From contig NC_134026.1 in assembly GCF_964204645.1 (NCBI RefSeq), positions 27,562,150 to 27,626,149 on the forward strand: a stretch of 64,000 nt of DNA, given 5' to 3'. A model generated the notes under the pieces. That model did not search any database. It had not been told where the DNA came from and saw only the letters and a list, made by a program, of their open reading frames with translations. The position numbers and the translations under genes are program-made. Positions 1 through 12,980 of this stretch are shown here, in pieces (position 1 is the stretch's first letter; the number at the start of each line of letters is the position of its first letter). The DNA comes from Tubulanus polymorphus (Eukaryota; Animalia; Nemertea).

Positions 1-2264
1 CTCAGAGATTCAATGCCGAAGGTTTGTATTCCGGTTGTTGCGATCGATATATCATCTCTTCTAAATATGTTAAATATTGATTGTGACCATTCCAGAATTG
101 ACAAGTTGGAATTTGCTGACAAGAACCAATCGGAATAATGAATTTGTTAGGTAATGGAAAAATTCTATTATAAGGAGAAAAAGCTCTTCTTGATAACAAA
201 AAAACAATGAATATGTCTTGAAAATTTGGATTACCAGGGTAAAAGTTACCTTCTTGCTATTTCAGTTTGCGTCTAACAATATTATGGTGGATTGGATGTT
301 TAGTAAGATATTTGATATTACTGCCTTTTAGGTTAGTTAGTTAGATACCTTGTTATCTAATAAAATTCTATTTAGCATGATTATTTTAATGCATATAATG
401 CCTATAACTAAAAATATTAAATGAGCGATGAATTACATCACGTTTCAGAATTGGGCTAGCTTGCATCGGGATTACTTGGCTGCTCATCGGTACTGCATGT
501 ATTGGATATCTGAAAAATGGCCGGTAAGCAAATGTCAAATTGAAACCTTAAGAAAAGGCTCAAATCGCAAAGAAAATATCTTATTAATGACCTGTTCTAT
601 GAATTATTTCATAGAATGAAGAGGAGATTGAATGAATATGTAAATCTGACTGCATTCCGTATTATGGCAAGAGCATTTTCTGCTGTCATAACATTTCATA
701 ATCGGTAAGCTATCATTGTGTTAAATCAGTAGTTGGGTCGCTGTATAATTTTTACTATATTTGTTATATTCTCAGTGGTTACCAGAAAGTGTAAAATAAA
801 CGATGGTAAATTGCTATTATAGATGTATTGACGTATGTTTATGTATACCTGGTAGACTATAAAAACTTTTCTGCAGTCTATGGTTTATGGTAGAGATCAG
901 CAATGATTCTTTTTGGAATGTTATTTACAGTAAATCTACTTAATTCAGACTTTTGAATGGTCCGGATAACACTCCAAAATGAAAATTCAGATCATTTCAT
1001 TTCATTGACCCTGATTAAGCAGGTTTTACTGTGAATCCTGTGACTAAGAAAGTTGAAAAAATCAACAAGATTTTTCATCTAGAAAAATGAAAATCATTTT
1101 ACAGAGAGAACAAAGCAAAGGGTGGTGGAATAGGGGTTGCTAATCATACATCACCTATAGATGTAGTGTTTTTATCTACCGACAACTGCTATGCTATGGT
1201 ATGTCAACTTTGCCATTTCCTGAATAATAACTTTGTATTGGTTATTCTTACTTTAAACAACCATATGACAGTGGTTTTATGATGCATTAGATAATGTCAC
1301 ATGCGTATAATGATTAATTGTTATAGGTGGGTCAGGCACAAGGAGGATTCCTAGGAATGATGCAGCGTGCATTAAGTCGAGCAGAAGCGCAAGTTTGGTT
1401 TGAGCGTTCTGAAGTTCGAGACAGGGTCGCTGTAGCTAACAGGCTACGAAACCACGTGGAAGATAAAAATAAATTACCAATATTAATATTTCCTGAAGGT
1501 AACTTTCTTGATTTTGAGATAACAGAATTGGTTGGGTTTTTTTAAGAAAGTTGATGTTGATATGATACTGCTGTTTTTTTTTGTTCAGGTACATGCATTA
1601 ACAATACCTCAGTGATGATGTTTAAGAAAGGTAGTTTTGAAGTTGGTGGAACAGTTTATCCGGCTGCTATCAAGGTATATTTCCAGTAATTTCTTTTGCA
1701 AAATATTAGAATTGTTAACACTTCCTGAAAATTCTGATCTTACAGTATGATGCCAGATTTGCTGATGCTTTCTGGAATAGCAGTAAAGAATCAATGGTTC
1801 AGCATATCCTTATGATCTTGACCAGTTGGGCAATTGTGTGTGATGTTTGGTACCTTCCGCCATGTACGAAAGGAGTAAGTTAAGATAATATCTGAACATA
1901 AAATGCTGACAGTAAGTTTTACCAGAAGACTTTCATTCCATTCCTTATTTGTAGGAAGATGAGAGTGCTATAGAGTTTGCTTACAGGGTAAAACAAGAAA
2001 TAGCAAAACAAGGTGGACTTGTTGATTTAGAATGGTAAGGAAACGTTTATTATGTGTAACTTGGAATCCTAAATGCCTTTTTGTACATTTTAAAGCATTA
2101 CAATTATTTGATAATTTAGGGATGGTCAGTTAAAACGATCAAAGCCAAAAGAATCATTTAAACAGTTACAACAGAAAGAATACAGTAAATTGTTAACGAG
2201 CAAAACAGAAGAATTAAAATCGAATGGTAAAACAGAAGAAACTCAACGAGAAAAACTAGAGTAA
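1..2264 (+). CDS. GPAT4: Glycerol-3-phosphate acyltransferase 3/4 (AGPAT6/9 family), 5' end outside the window, multi-exon
   Basis: Spliced exons give ELTSWNLLTRTN, VANHTSPIDV (HxxxxD motif), WFERSE, ILIFPEGTCINNTSVMMFKKGSFE, GGLVDLEWDGQLKR; stop TAA 2262-2264. GPAT3 vs GPAT4 not resolvable (likely single invertebrate ortholog). Confidence 0.93.
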
Positions 2265-3187
2265 CAAGATTGTCCTGAGAAAGGGCTTCACTACGTCCAT
2301 TCTTGAAAACCCTAGGTCAATTATACAGGTCCAGAAGTACCGAAATTATTCAGTATGGTTGGAAGGCCTACCTATAAGTATGAAATCAATCCCCTAGTAA
2401 AGAAAATATTATTTAATTCTGGCAGTGATTTGTTTGAAAATGTATTGCTGTTCAATTAAATTTCCTAACTTGTATGGAAACTGTGATATGCTTTGCTTAA
2501 TGTTAGTTGTTCAATTTGGCATAATTCTTGTAAATCATAATTAATCCTGGTCATGACATGAAATATCATTCATATAAACTGGTAAGGGTTCATATTTGGA
2601 TAGTTTGCCAGAAATAAGATAGAGTTTAATATAATACATGTATTTAGAACCGGTTAATGTGTAGAATGTATAGATAAATGCACGTTTTGGCAGTTAGATT
2701 ATTCTTATTAAATATTTTACTGATTAACACAAATCCTTGCACAAATTATATTGAAAACTTCTTTTTATTTTTGTCCAGTATATGTAAGAATATCGTTGTC
2801 TTAATCGTGCACGTCCTTATTGTAATATATACGGCATGCTGTGTTGTCAAGTGATAAAATTACTGGAGAAACGAAAAAATTATTACGCATCAAACTGAAA
2901 TTGTAAATAAGCTGTAAATAACGCATTAGAAGTATGAATGCAAATGAATTAATCAAAAAAATTGTACTATAAAGAATGTACATTAGTTTATTTTTAGACA
3001 TTGATTTTGATAATCCAAAATACCCTGCGCTTATGTGATGTAAACTATGTATGTAAATAATTGGGACCACAGGTGAAGTGATGTGGATATGATTCTTAAT
3101 AAATTAACAAATTGCAAAATTCATTTCTTTGTTCATTTACTCATCTTCACTTGTCAAGTCTTTGGGCCATCTGGAATGTGACAAGGA

Positions 3188-3433
3188 CTACTGGAGTGTA
3201 TTCTCAATCAATTGGGGTTCACAAGTGTATGAAAAATCCGCTATCATTCGCCATGGCGATTTTGAATTACCTCGGCGACAACACAGTCGGCCAACTGACT
3301 CCAGTGGGAACCGTCTGCATTCAAAGACCAGCGCCCAACGTTCATATCTCTCCAGTTGCATATATGCCACATTTTGATGCAGTACCATAAAGATATAGAC
3401 AAATAATATAATGTTCACTCGTTTTATTTGCAT
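3188..3433 (-). CDS. Putative small secreted cysteine-containing peptide (81 aa), unverified
   Basis: ORF with signal-peptide-like N-terminus (MQIKR-VNIILFVYIFMVL-HQNVAY), 4 Cys (C-x11-CC-x18-C), locally raised GC; no recognised homology. Confidence 0.35.
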   Translation of the reverse strand: MQIKRVNIILFVYIFMVLHQNVAYMQLERYERWALVFECRRFPLESVGRLCCRRGNSKSPWRMIADFSYTCEPQLIENTLQ

Positions 3434-3618
3434 CAGGCATATTGTTTATTTTATTTTCATTTCACATAAGAAAGCAGCGGAAAGGCATCAAATCAGGAAA
3501 TTATTAAGAGTTAAATGAACAAACTGGTGACTAGTTTTTTCTTTACTCATACGTTATTCATACCTTACTGTACTTACTGAAGATACTCCTTTGAAAAATG
3601 GAGATTAATATTGACAGT

Positions 3619-3918
3619 CAGGGGCGGATCCAAGGGGTTGGGCCAAAGCGGCCTGCCCCCTTCTATTTTTTTGCCAAAATAACATTCTCACAATTTACAC
3701 AAGAAACACATACAGTGGCAATTATTGATGATATTGGTGATTTTGTCATAGAATCACTCTACATTCTCAGAAAATGATCATTTTTTCAAAAACCCACAAA
3801 AAGAGGTTCGTGCAGTCATGTACCAAGTATGTGTGTACATCCTTGGCTGATTACTCTAAGGTACAATTAGGCCTCGGATATTCCCCACCTCAATCTTAAT
3901 TCCTGGATCCGCCCCTTG
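3619..3918. mobile_element. MITE with CAGGGGCGGATCCA terminal inverted repeats (hAT-like ends)
   Basis: caggggcggatccaagg at 3619 and cctggatccgcccct(t)g at 3902-3918; no clear TSD. Confidence 0.7.
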
Positions 3919-4920
3919 AAGTGAAGCACTTTAATATGTACACACTGTATACAAAAACAATAAATACACAATTGGTATAAACTATACACACACACAATTC
4001 AGACATCATTCAACAATCACAGCCTTCAAAGAAATTTACATGGAATATACAATAACTAGGACCACTTTCAATGTCAAGTCGTCTCATTGAATGATAAAAA
4101 AACAACAAACCAGATATTTTACTGATAGGTACTGCAAACTTGAAATTGTTTGTGGTAATGTATGTTGAAACTACCAGTTCGTAGAGGTAAATAAAACACT
4201 GGTTGACTGTAAGGACAGACATTGATATGTATCACACTCACACAATCTTTATGTACATTCATCACAGATTATCAATTAAAATCGACAAAATTTTTCACTC
4301 ATGAAAAATCACATTAACTCACAATATTTGAATACATATTGAGGATTTTCATTTTACACAGTGTTCATGGTATTTTAAGATGCATACTACAGCTATTTAT
4401 GTATTTGCTTCAATAAAATGTATGATCTGTCAGGATATAAGGTTAGAAAAGAGTTGATTAGGTAAAACAAATCATGAGATAAACAAATATCATATTGTAA
4501 AATAGGACCTTGGGATATAAAAACAGCAAACAAACTATAGCCTCTCAACAAATTAACAACTAGGGCTTACAACATAGTACTCAAAGGGAAGGTGAAATTA
4601 TGAAATAATATTCATGAAATTATTTAGGGAACGAGCTCTGATACAACCAGTCAGGCATACAGAGATGAACTGTGATAGGCATACAATATTTTGTAAATAC
4701 ATCATAAGAACATTAATGATGTAACTTTATTTGGAACATATAAAGCTACACACAGGTGAGTCGAGTAATATCATATGTGGATGGAAATTTCATGTTGTAT
4801 CTTAACTATGTGAGATTTTACTAACACAAAGGCTAGTCATCCATCTTGCATTCATCCCTGAACTCATATATAAAAGCACCATTATAACAAAGAAGGAAGT
4901 TAACGTGTTGGCTATCATAT

Positions 4921-7900
4921 TCATGCAGTCCCATTTTGTAAGCCTCGTAGCTGTTTAAGAACAGTCTCTAATAATCGTTTTCGGTCTTTTTCATTTTTTT
5001 TCAAGTATGTGAATAAATTGTTTTTTCTCTTATCAGCATCTTTTAATCTACAGAAGAATGAAATACCATTAAATTATGAAATGTACATTTGACTGTTGAC
5101 AGCCACAGTGATGAATACTTACTTCTCCAGCAGTGTAATGGCAGTATTTGGATGGACTCGCAGATATTTACTTTTCGCTTGACCGTAATCTGCTAAATAT
5201 GTCGACCAATCCCACGTTATGAATAGATCTAACACCTGTAGATACCACAAGAATGAAGATGAGTATGTGAATTGTTTCGATCTATACCTTAAACTCTAAT
5301 GTTTGTGTTTTGGTTAGTAAGCATTCCATAAAAACTAACCTGTCTTAAATCCATAAATGCCATTTGTAGTGTACCCTCATTGAATCCAGGAACCGGCTCC
5401 GAGCTTGCAAAAACTGAAATAATTACAATGTAATGAGTGGAGAGAACGATTCTGCAGTGCCTTAGATCCAAAGATACCGGTACCACAACATACCTTCACA
5501 TTGCATGAGGTCAAGATTTAGTTGATTAATTGCACCCATAGTTAAACAAGGGACATCACTATCTACAAGAAATTCCATCAAAGCACGGGCGATATGTTGA
5601 CATGACGACATACAAGCAGTTTGTGCCACTTTTTGCTGAAATGAACAAAGCATTGAATGAAATTTCGATTATAGCACAGAAGCTGTAATATAGCCAGTGA
5701 CAATATGCCAAAATAGCTGGCTTTCTTTCTAGCTGCGTACTACATTTGATTAAAATAGATTTCATCTGAAATTCAGTAAATTAAAGATACTAAATGGACT
5801 ACTAAGAGTATATCTAGAATTATCTCAGGGAAGTATTGAATATATGAATATATAACTCATACTAAAGGAAGAATAGCTATTGATCTATAGACCAGGTACA
5901 TGCAGACTGCAGGAAAAAGTTAATGAAACAAAGCATGCAAGTAGTTCTGATCAAAATTTTAGAATTTTCACTTTGAATAAACATATTTTAACCAGCAGAA
6001 TGCACAGAGATTTGAGAGAATGAATAAATCATATGCGTAAGTCATACAGCCAAGAAATAACAATACATGACAAAATGCACTCTGTATGCTTAGAATTTCA
6101 GAGCTGCTGAGTTAAGAAGTTAATATTCCATTTCCAAAAGTGTAAACATTATGCTTCAAAAAACCTTTCAAATTTTAATGTAAACAGATAATCAAACCAG
6201 TCAGGCAACAAATAAGGCTTCATGCGATAGATACGATCAATTGTTTTGTATAGTTTACAATGTAACCGTATATTCAATATCATTCAGTGAATATGCAGCT
6301 TGTGTGACTGTATGAACGATATTTCTCATCACGATTGCAGTACATATGCTATCTCTTTGAAATGCAATTGGCTAGTTTGACGACATGCAGAAAGCAAGTT
6401 TTCAAAGCCTTTGTTATTATACACTGCATATGTATATATAGATAGTTCATTTTAGTTGTGGACAACTCATATATAATGCCAACATTGTATCAAGTCGTTT
6501 GTGAGTGCAATCTGTTTGATTGTGCGTGCAATTTACCAAATATTTCTCTGTGAGCATGCTTATCCCCGGAAAAACATCATACACCTATCAAATGTTAAGT
6601 AAAAATCAACATAAAGTTTCAGTGATTTCTTTTGTCTCCATGTGGGTTGTAACTGAATTACCTTATAATTACCTTTTCCTTTCTAGACATAAGTCTACTA
6701 TATTACTATAACATACTTATAAAACGCTTTTGGAAATCTTGGTTATCCTAATATGAAGTTAATCTTTACATACAAGTTCATTGTGTTTGTGACAATATTC
6801 TGTGTGAACCAAATCTGATAAGCGAGTGATTTAAACGAAACTAATTACAAGAAGAGTGACTTAAAATAACACATATAGAATAAAGTGATTTTTCTATTAA
6901 AAAAAAAAGAACCAATTTACCGATACCGTTACATCACTACAACACATATAAACTTATATTTGTGATAGATCTAGGAAAAAATAAGGAAGAGGTTAAGCGG
7001 AAAAGCAGAATGAAACTTACTGGTAGATTCGTGAAAGACATGAATGTTGATTGTAGAAATGCTAACAAATCTAACATATAACTACTGGCACTTCCTTTAG
7101 CTTCTGACATCATCCAGTCATAAGTGGCTAAAATGTAAACAAATAATCATAATAATTCATAGAAGTTTTAAATATCTAAAGAGAAGCGATCATGAAGAAT
7201 CATGAGAGAGCAATCAGGTCTCACCATCTTCTAAGAATTCATCTATCTTCTTATTAAGTTGAGTATAAATCTGCTCTTCTGCAGCGCTTCTTGCATCTTT
7301 AAACATCGCTGTTCCATGCAATCGACCGACATGGACACTGTCCTTATCAGAACTGTTAGATGATACCAGGTGATCAATATAGAATCACATAAAACTTATT
7401 CTATTGTAAACAATATAAGCCAATGAACATGTTCAACTTACCCTATGATATTAGAAATGAATTCTTCCAAGTAGCCACAACTTTGTTCCAAATAATTCAT
7501 ATTTATGGAAATTTGTATGAGCTGAAAACAAGAACTAATTATTATGAATTTCAGCCACATGGCAAGAAGTACATGTAGCATAAATCTTAATTAGGCCTAT
7601 CAGATTAGAAATAAAAAATGGGACATTTGATACCTGGAGTAAGGTGAGACTAGGTTTTCGTATCAGACACTGCAAACAAGCACTTAGCGTCCGAGTTAGT
7701 AGAATATTGGCCGATTTCCTAACCATATCATCTATTTCCGTTTTACTGAAATGAAAGCATCGAGGATTAAATTTTCAAATAACTTGAATATTGGTATCAA
7801 GACTAGAGTCTGCTTGGTATTCACCTTAGCTGCAGATCCTCAGAAAACTTGAGACATGCGTAGATATACTCCTTCACTTGGATGTAAATTTCTGGCACAA

Positions 7901-10900
7901 AATTAGAAAATGGGAATCTCTTCGGAAAAGGGGCCTGAAAAATTATGCACATTGATTCAAATATATCAATTAGAAATAGTTCTGAGGTAATACTTGAATA
8001 TTTCATATGTATTTCATACTTGATCTAACTGCTCATCATGGAATGGATACATAGCCTTGATTTCTAAATACTTCTCCTCTTTCTCCACACATATTGGTGT
8101 ATAGTTATCTTCGCTGAATATATCATCAAAAACTGTCACCCATTTCTTCATTAGCACCTCATTATACTGATCTCTATCAAAACAACAACCAAAAAGAAAT
8201 AAACAGGATAGTAATAGCTAATCATTACTACTAATATGCTTCAATAGCTTCAATGTACTCACTTCAATTCCAGCAGTAAATCTTGAAGCTGAGTCATTGG
8301 GAATCCATAACTCTGAAATTTATACCGGTAATTCGTGCCAATCTTTCACAGAATTTCAAAGATATCTTCCCCACACGGTCAGTACTTACTTGTAACGTAA
8401 TAGAAAGTAGTAGTAATAGACTTTTCAATTGTAACATCAGCTGTGGATCTGTCACCATCACCTGAAACATTTTGAAAAGTCAGGTACTGTACAGGGAATA
8501 ACAAATCAAATCTAAGTTGGTACATAAACAAGTTAATCTAACCGAATTTGTTCGTAACACAGCTATCAACTTTGTGAGGGCCATCTCCCATAGCTCATCA
8601 ATATATGCTCTATTGACTAGTCCAGATGTTGTATTTAATACATGATCCTCTATCACAAAAAACCTAGGCAAGAACAAATTAAATCAGAATGTTAGTACAA
8701 CGATATCAACCAACAAAGCGGATCATTCTATCTTCACAATATTTACCCTACAATAACATGGAAAAATTTCTTATAGGCATCGATACTTTCATGCTGCAAA
8801 CGAGATGAGATTTAATGTAAAAGAGCATCTGAATACATAACTAACTTTAGAGACAAAAATATGAACATTTCTCTATCATAATTCCTACCATATTCTGTGG
8901 GGGTTGTAAAGCTAATCTAGCTTGCCGAGTTCTCTGTCCGCGGTAATAAAGTTCAAATGTTTCGCGTGCCCCCTGAAAAATATGCCACATCAACAAAATT
9001 ATATGATTCGACCAAGAAGGGCATCCGACTGTTTCAACAAAGTACACCAGATCATTTCTAGTTCCATTTCTTATACTTACCAATACTGAGTATATATGTA
9101 AACACCGATAAACTGGAGCAAAATCAACCACATCTTGAGCACTAACCTCCTACAAAATTACATATCCTTAAGACCTTTAGACACAAATATTACAAGATTT
9201 TCATTTGTAAAGGGATTGACCGTTTTCAAGGATTACAGAAATCAGATTTAAATAATCATTATACCGGGTACACAAGTCAGCCACATACCAGTATATACAG
9301 AGTACAAATGCAAATTACTAATAATATTCGCATTAAATAGGATTTTTAACGTGTGCACAGCCTTACACAGGTTATTTCTCCTACAAAGAATATTTGCTGA
9401 AATGCATATTGCAAAGCTTCTAATTATAAAATCTTCAACTCATTTCATACCCATGACAAACCCGATAAGACAAATCATTGATACATTCAACATTCATCAG
9501 AGAAGAAAAATGAAACGTTGAAAAGGAGCGTATACATATCCAAGAACATTTTGCTATCATAATGTAAATTGACATGAGAAGCTGCTTAGAATTTCGCAGA
9601 TACAGCAACTATACATAATAATCACATACTGCAGAAGCAAATAGCCTAGCAGTGGAGTTATAGGACGACATAATGATGTACTACATTTAAGTTACATACC
9701 TGGATAATACTAGACTTCTGAAGGACACAGAATATATAGAAAATTAAGTAAATCAAATGGAATCATGCATAACTACCAAAAGTCAACATCTTTGAAGATC
9801 ATTCCTTAAAAATTCTTCTAATACCAGTAAGCTACGGTAAAAGTAAATGATCTAGAATTTCTACTCATTTTTATGGTTTAAAAAAAAAACTATTTGAGTC
9901 TACATTCTGGTTAAACATGCAAGCTGAATGACAATTCAGAAATATCTACTCGATCATTACCTCATCATTTTCTGCATCTTTCTGCGCTTGTAACAATGCT
10001 AAGTATTTTGGATCGTCAATTTCACCAGAGAATGGATTAGGTGGAGGTGGGGCTCTTCGCTTTAATATATGTTCTTTAGTCACAGCGATGCTTGGATCAA
10101 AATTATTCTGTTCAGCAGCCTAAGAATAATATCAATAAACACCATCTAACAAGAAATTGACGTGAATGCTTAATGAATAACAATAAATGATAATTTTCTT
10201 ACATGTTTCATGGCAATTTCTCCAATCTTGGACGAGTGTTTACGTATGTTTTCTAGGAAGTCACGCAGATCTGACATTGAAGCCTCTTTGATATCTTCTC
10301 GTAATTTTGGTATTTGTTCCGCCATTATTTGCGCAAACTTGTATTTATGAACCCGAGGTAAATGAGTATGTTCTAATTGTTCTAATGTTTTCAGTGCTGG
10401 ATAGTACCTGGATGATCATGTAATTGAAAATTGATTTGAATGGATGGGGCGACTGGGGTTTCACCCTATATTCAAGTCAAAAGTCTTATTACCTTTTTTG
10501 TTTCATCTGTTCCTTTAATGTTTTATAAGTCTGTAATACTGGCTGACACAAATTCAGACGTTCAATTGCTAATGCTATATTTTTCTGTATCTTACGACAA
10601 TTGATCAGTTCTGCACCTTTTTCTAGTAAAGCTTTACCGGATACCTGAAGTAATTCATTGATACTTCGAATTTCCTCCTGAAAAGGACACATCAATCAAA
10701 TAAATATTTAAACATAAGATTATGGATGACAAATTGCAAAGGGATCTGTTCATGACGCACCTGCAAGCGACCAGCATCTGTTCGCACCTGCAGCAGCTCT
10801 CTAATTGATTCGATAAATCCTTGATAATGATAATTACACATACGTTCGATTTCTTTATCATGATTTTTGATTCGCTGGTCAAGCTTTTCCATAAACTTTG

Positions 10901-12336
10901 TAGGAGGCTCATCACTTTCATATACAGATCTAGAAATACATTTCAAAAATTTTTTCAACTTTAGCTTAAAAAAACTGGAATGAATGCATTTAGCTACCGA
11001 ATTAAGATGTGAACCGTTGTTACTAACAGTTACAATAGACACTATAAATTCATGCATACCAGGACAAAATGCTATCAATCACAATAAAATAGAATAAACA
11101 TTGAATCCAGGTCAGCAGGAAATTGCAAATATATGAGGTCAATGTTGATGTCTTCAAATTCTACAGTTCCTTCTTAACCTACAGCTTATCTTTAAAACAC
11201 CAATACAATTAACCTGATTCTATGATTTTCTCCTTAAATCTTAAACCTAGTTCTGGATATTCTTTTAGTTGATCATTTTAAAGTGAATCTCATCACCATC
11301 AATAACCATTAACCAATAACTTAAACCATTGATACTAATCACCAGTTTCTCCTGAGACAAGAGGGTTAAGATGCCGTATCACTACTAATTGTTGAATTGA
11401 TCATGTTTCTACTAGAAATGGAATTCTGAAAGTACTGGAAATTAATAAGGTTCCTGGTCAAAACATTCACTATCAGCCTAAATTTGCCATCATTTCCAGT
11501 TCTCAGTAGATTCAAATATGTGTCTTAATTTGATCCAAATAGGATAATGACAGCTAAATCCAAGAACTCCGAAGGCCAAGTTAATGTTGATACCAGTCAC
11601 ATATTATTGTCTCTATCATTAGTATCAATGTATTATTTTGCTTAATAAAGACAATAACATTAGACACTAATGGCTTCTGCACTATCTGTGACAGCGCTAC
11701 ACTGACCTTCTCCAGTCTCCATACCTACCTAATAACCACAGCTATACTCCCAGTCTCACCAATTTCTAATTCATGTAACAGATTTTCCTGATCAGCTAAA
11801 CTGTCTGTCGGTCTAGCTTTAATTTTAAATCTATCACAGTACACATCCGCCATATTGAATATGCTACATGCGACTGTTGAAGCTAAAATTAGCCAGGATG
11901 ATATGATTATTTCAGATTCACATCTGGCCTGATTTATATGATCTCTCATTGGCTGGCTGCACCAGACTCATTAAATATGCCAACGAATACAATTTATGGA
12001 GGGGAAAGATGTTCATTTTGAATCCCTCCACACTTTAGATTCAAATCTGTAGAGGTACAGAAAGAAACATTTGTTAGGACCCTGACAGTGACAGATAAGA
12101 GAGTCGAGACTGGGCTTAGAAAGTCGAAAGAGAACCCGGAAGTAAACTTTAAGTGTCCTAAAATACAATATTTACTTCAAAGCAGACGCTAACGATCCAT
12201 CCGTAGCTTCTATTTCATTGATAAGGTGTTCGTTTTTAGCGTTAATCGCCTCTTCTTGTACGAACTCTGTATCTTTGATCGCTGAAAAGACCTTTTTCCA
12301 GCGCGATTCCGATTGTTTTCCTTCGATGGAAGCCAT
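4921..12336 (-). CDS. EXOC6: Exocyst complex component 6 (Sec15), multi-exon, two candidate first exons
   Basis: Exons encode HDKEIERMCNYHYQGFIESIRELLQVR, YYPALKTLEQLEHTHLP, VDFAPVYRCLHIYSVL, PFPKRFPFSNFVP, KVAQTACMSSC, WDWSTYLADYG; stop TGA 4921-4923. Confidence 0.95.
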
Positions 12337-12355
12337 CTTAGCAAATAGGTCCTTC

Positions 12356-12365
12356 GCGCATGCGC
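12356..12365. promoter_or_regulatory. NRF1/Ewg-type palindrome in EXOC6 promoter
   Basis: GCGCATGCGC 20 bp upstream of the EXOC6 ATG; an ETS-type CCGGAAGT lies at 12136-12143. Confidence 0.55.
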
Positions 12366-12725
12366 CCGGGATTTTGGGAGGTGTCAAAAAGTTTTGAAAC
12401 TTCAGAAATTTAAAACTAAGTCCCAATGCGTTTTATGAGTGATTTACCGGCAAGTTAAAATATGAAGATATTTTCTTGAAGAAACTTATGATTACTTGTT
12501 TATCGATTTTATCAAAATCAGCATTGAAGTCATTTTTGGGACAGGGAACCACGAAGGCAAGGTGGCAGCACTTATCGATTGAGACAATTTTCACTTCGCG
12601 GGTTTTCGGCGGACCCGAGAAGGTGCATAGAAAAATTTTAACTAAAAACATCAAATATCACAATCATTTATTGGGCATTATCAATTATCATTATCAATAC
12701 AACCAAAAAAGGGACCAAAAATTCA

Positions 12726-12919
12726 CAGGGGCTCGTATCAGAGATGTAGATTAATGTAAAATGATAATCTGTTAATCCAATGTCTTTAGTATATATAAAA
12801 TAACAAATATGTAACATAATAATAAATATATAAAGTTATTTTATATACATTATAGACATTGGATTAATAGATTATCGTTTTTACATTAATCTACAACTCT
12901 GATATGACGAGCCCCTCTG
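12726..12919. mobile_element. Fold-back MITE with ~80 bp imperfect inverted arms
   Basis: caggggctcgtatcagagatgtagattaatgtaaaatgataatctgttaatccaatgtct... pairs with ...agacattggattaatagattatcgtttttacattaatctacaactctgatatgacgagcccct. Confidence 0.8.
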
Positions 12920-12980
12920 CAAAAAATGCAGTTCAAGTTCAAGTATTAAAAAGCTTAATTCAGAAGATCAAATACAACAA

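Noticed and set aside
2801-3070. 89-aa hydrophobic minus-strand ORF
   Set aside because: Composition (I/L/F/Y/N) is what AT-rich UTR DNA produces; no motifs or splice context.
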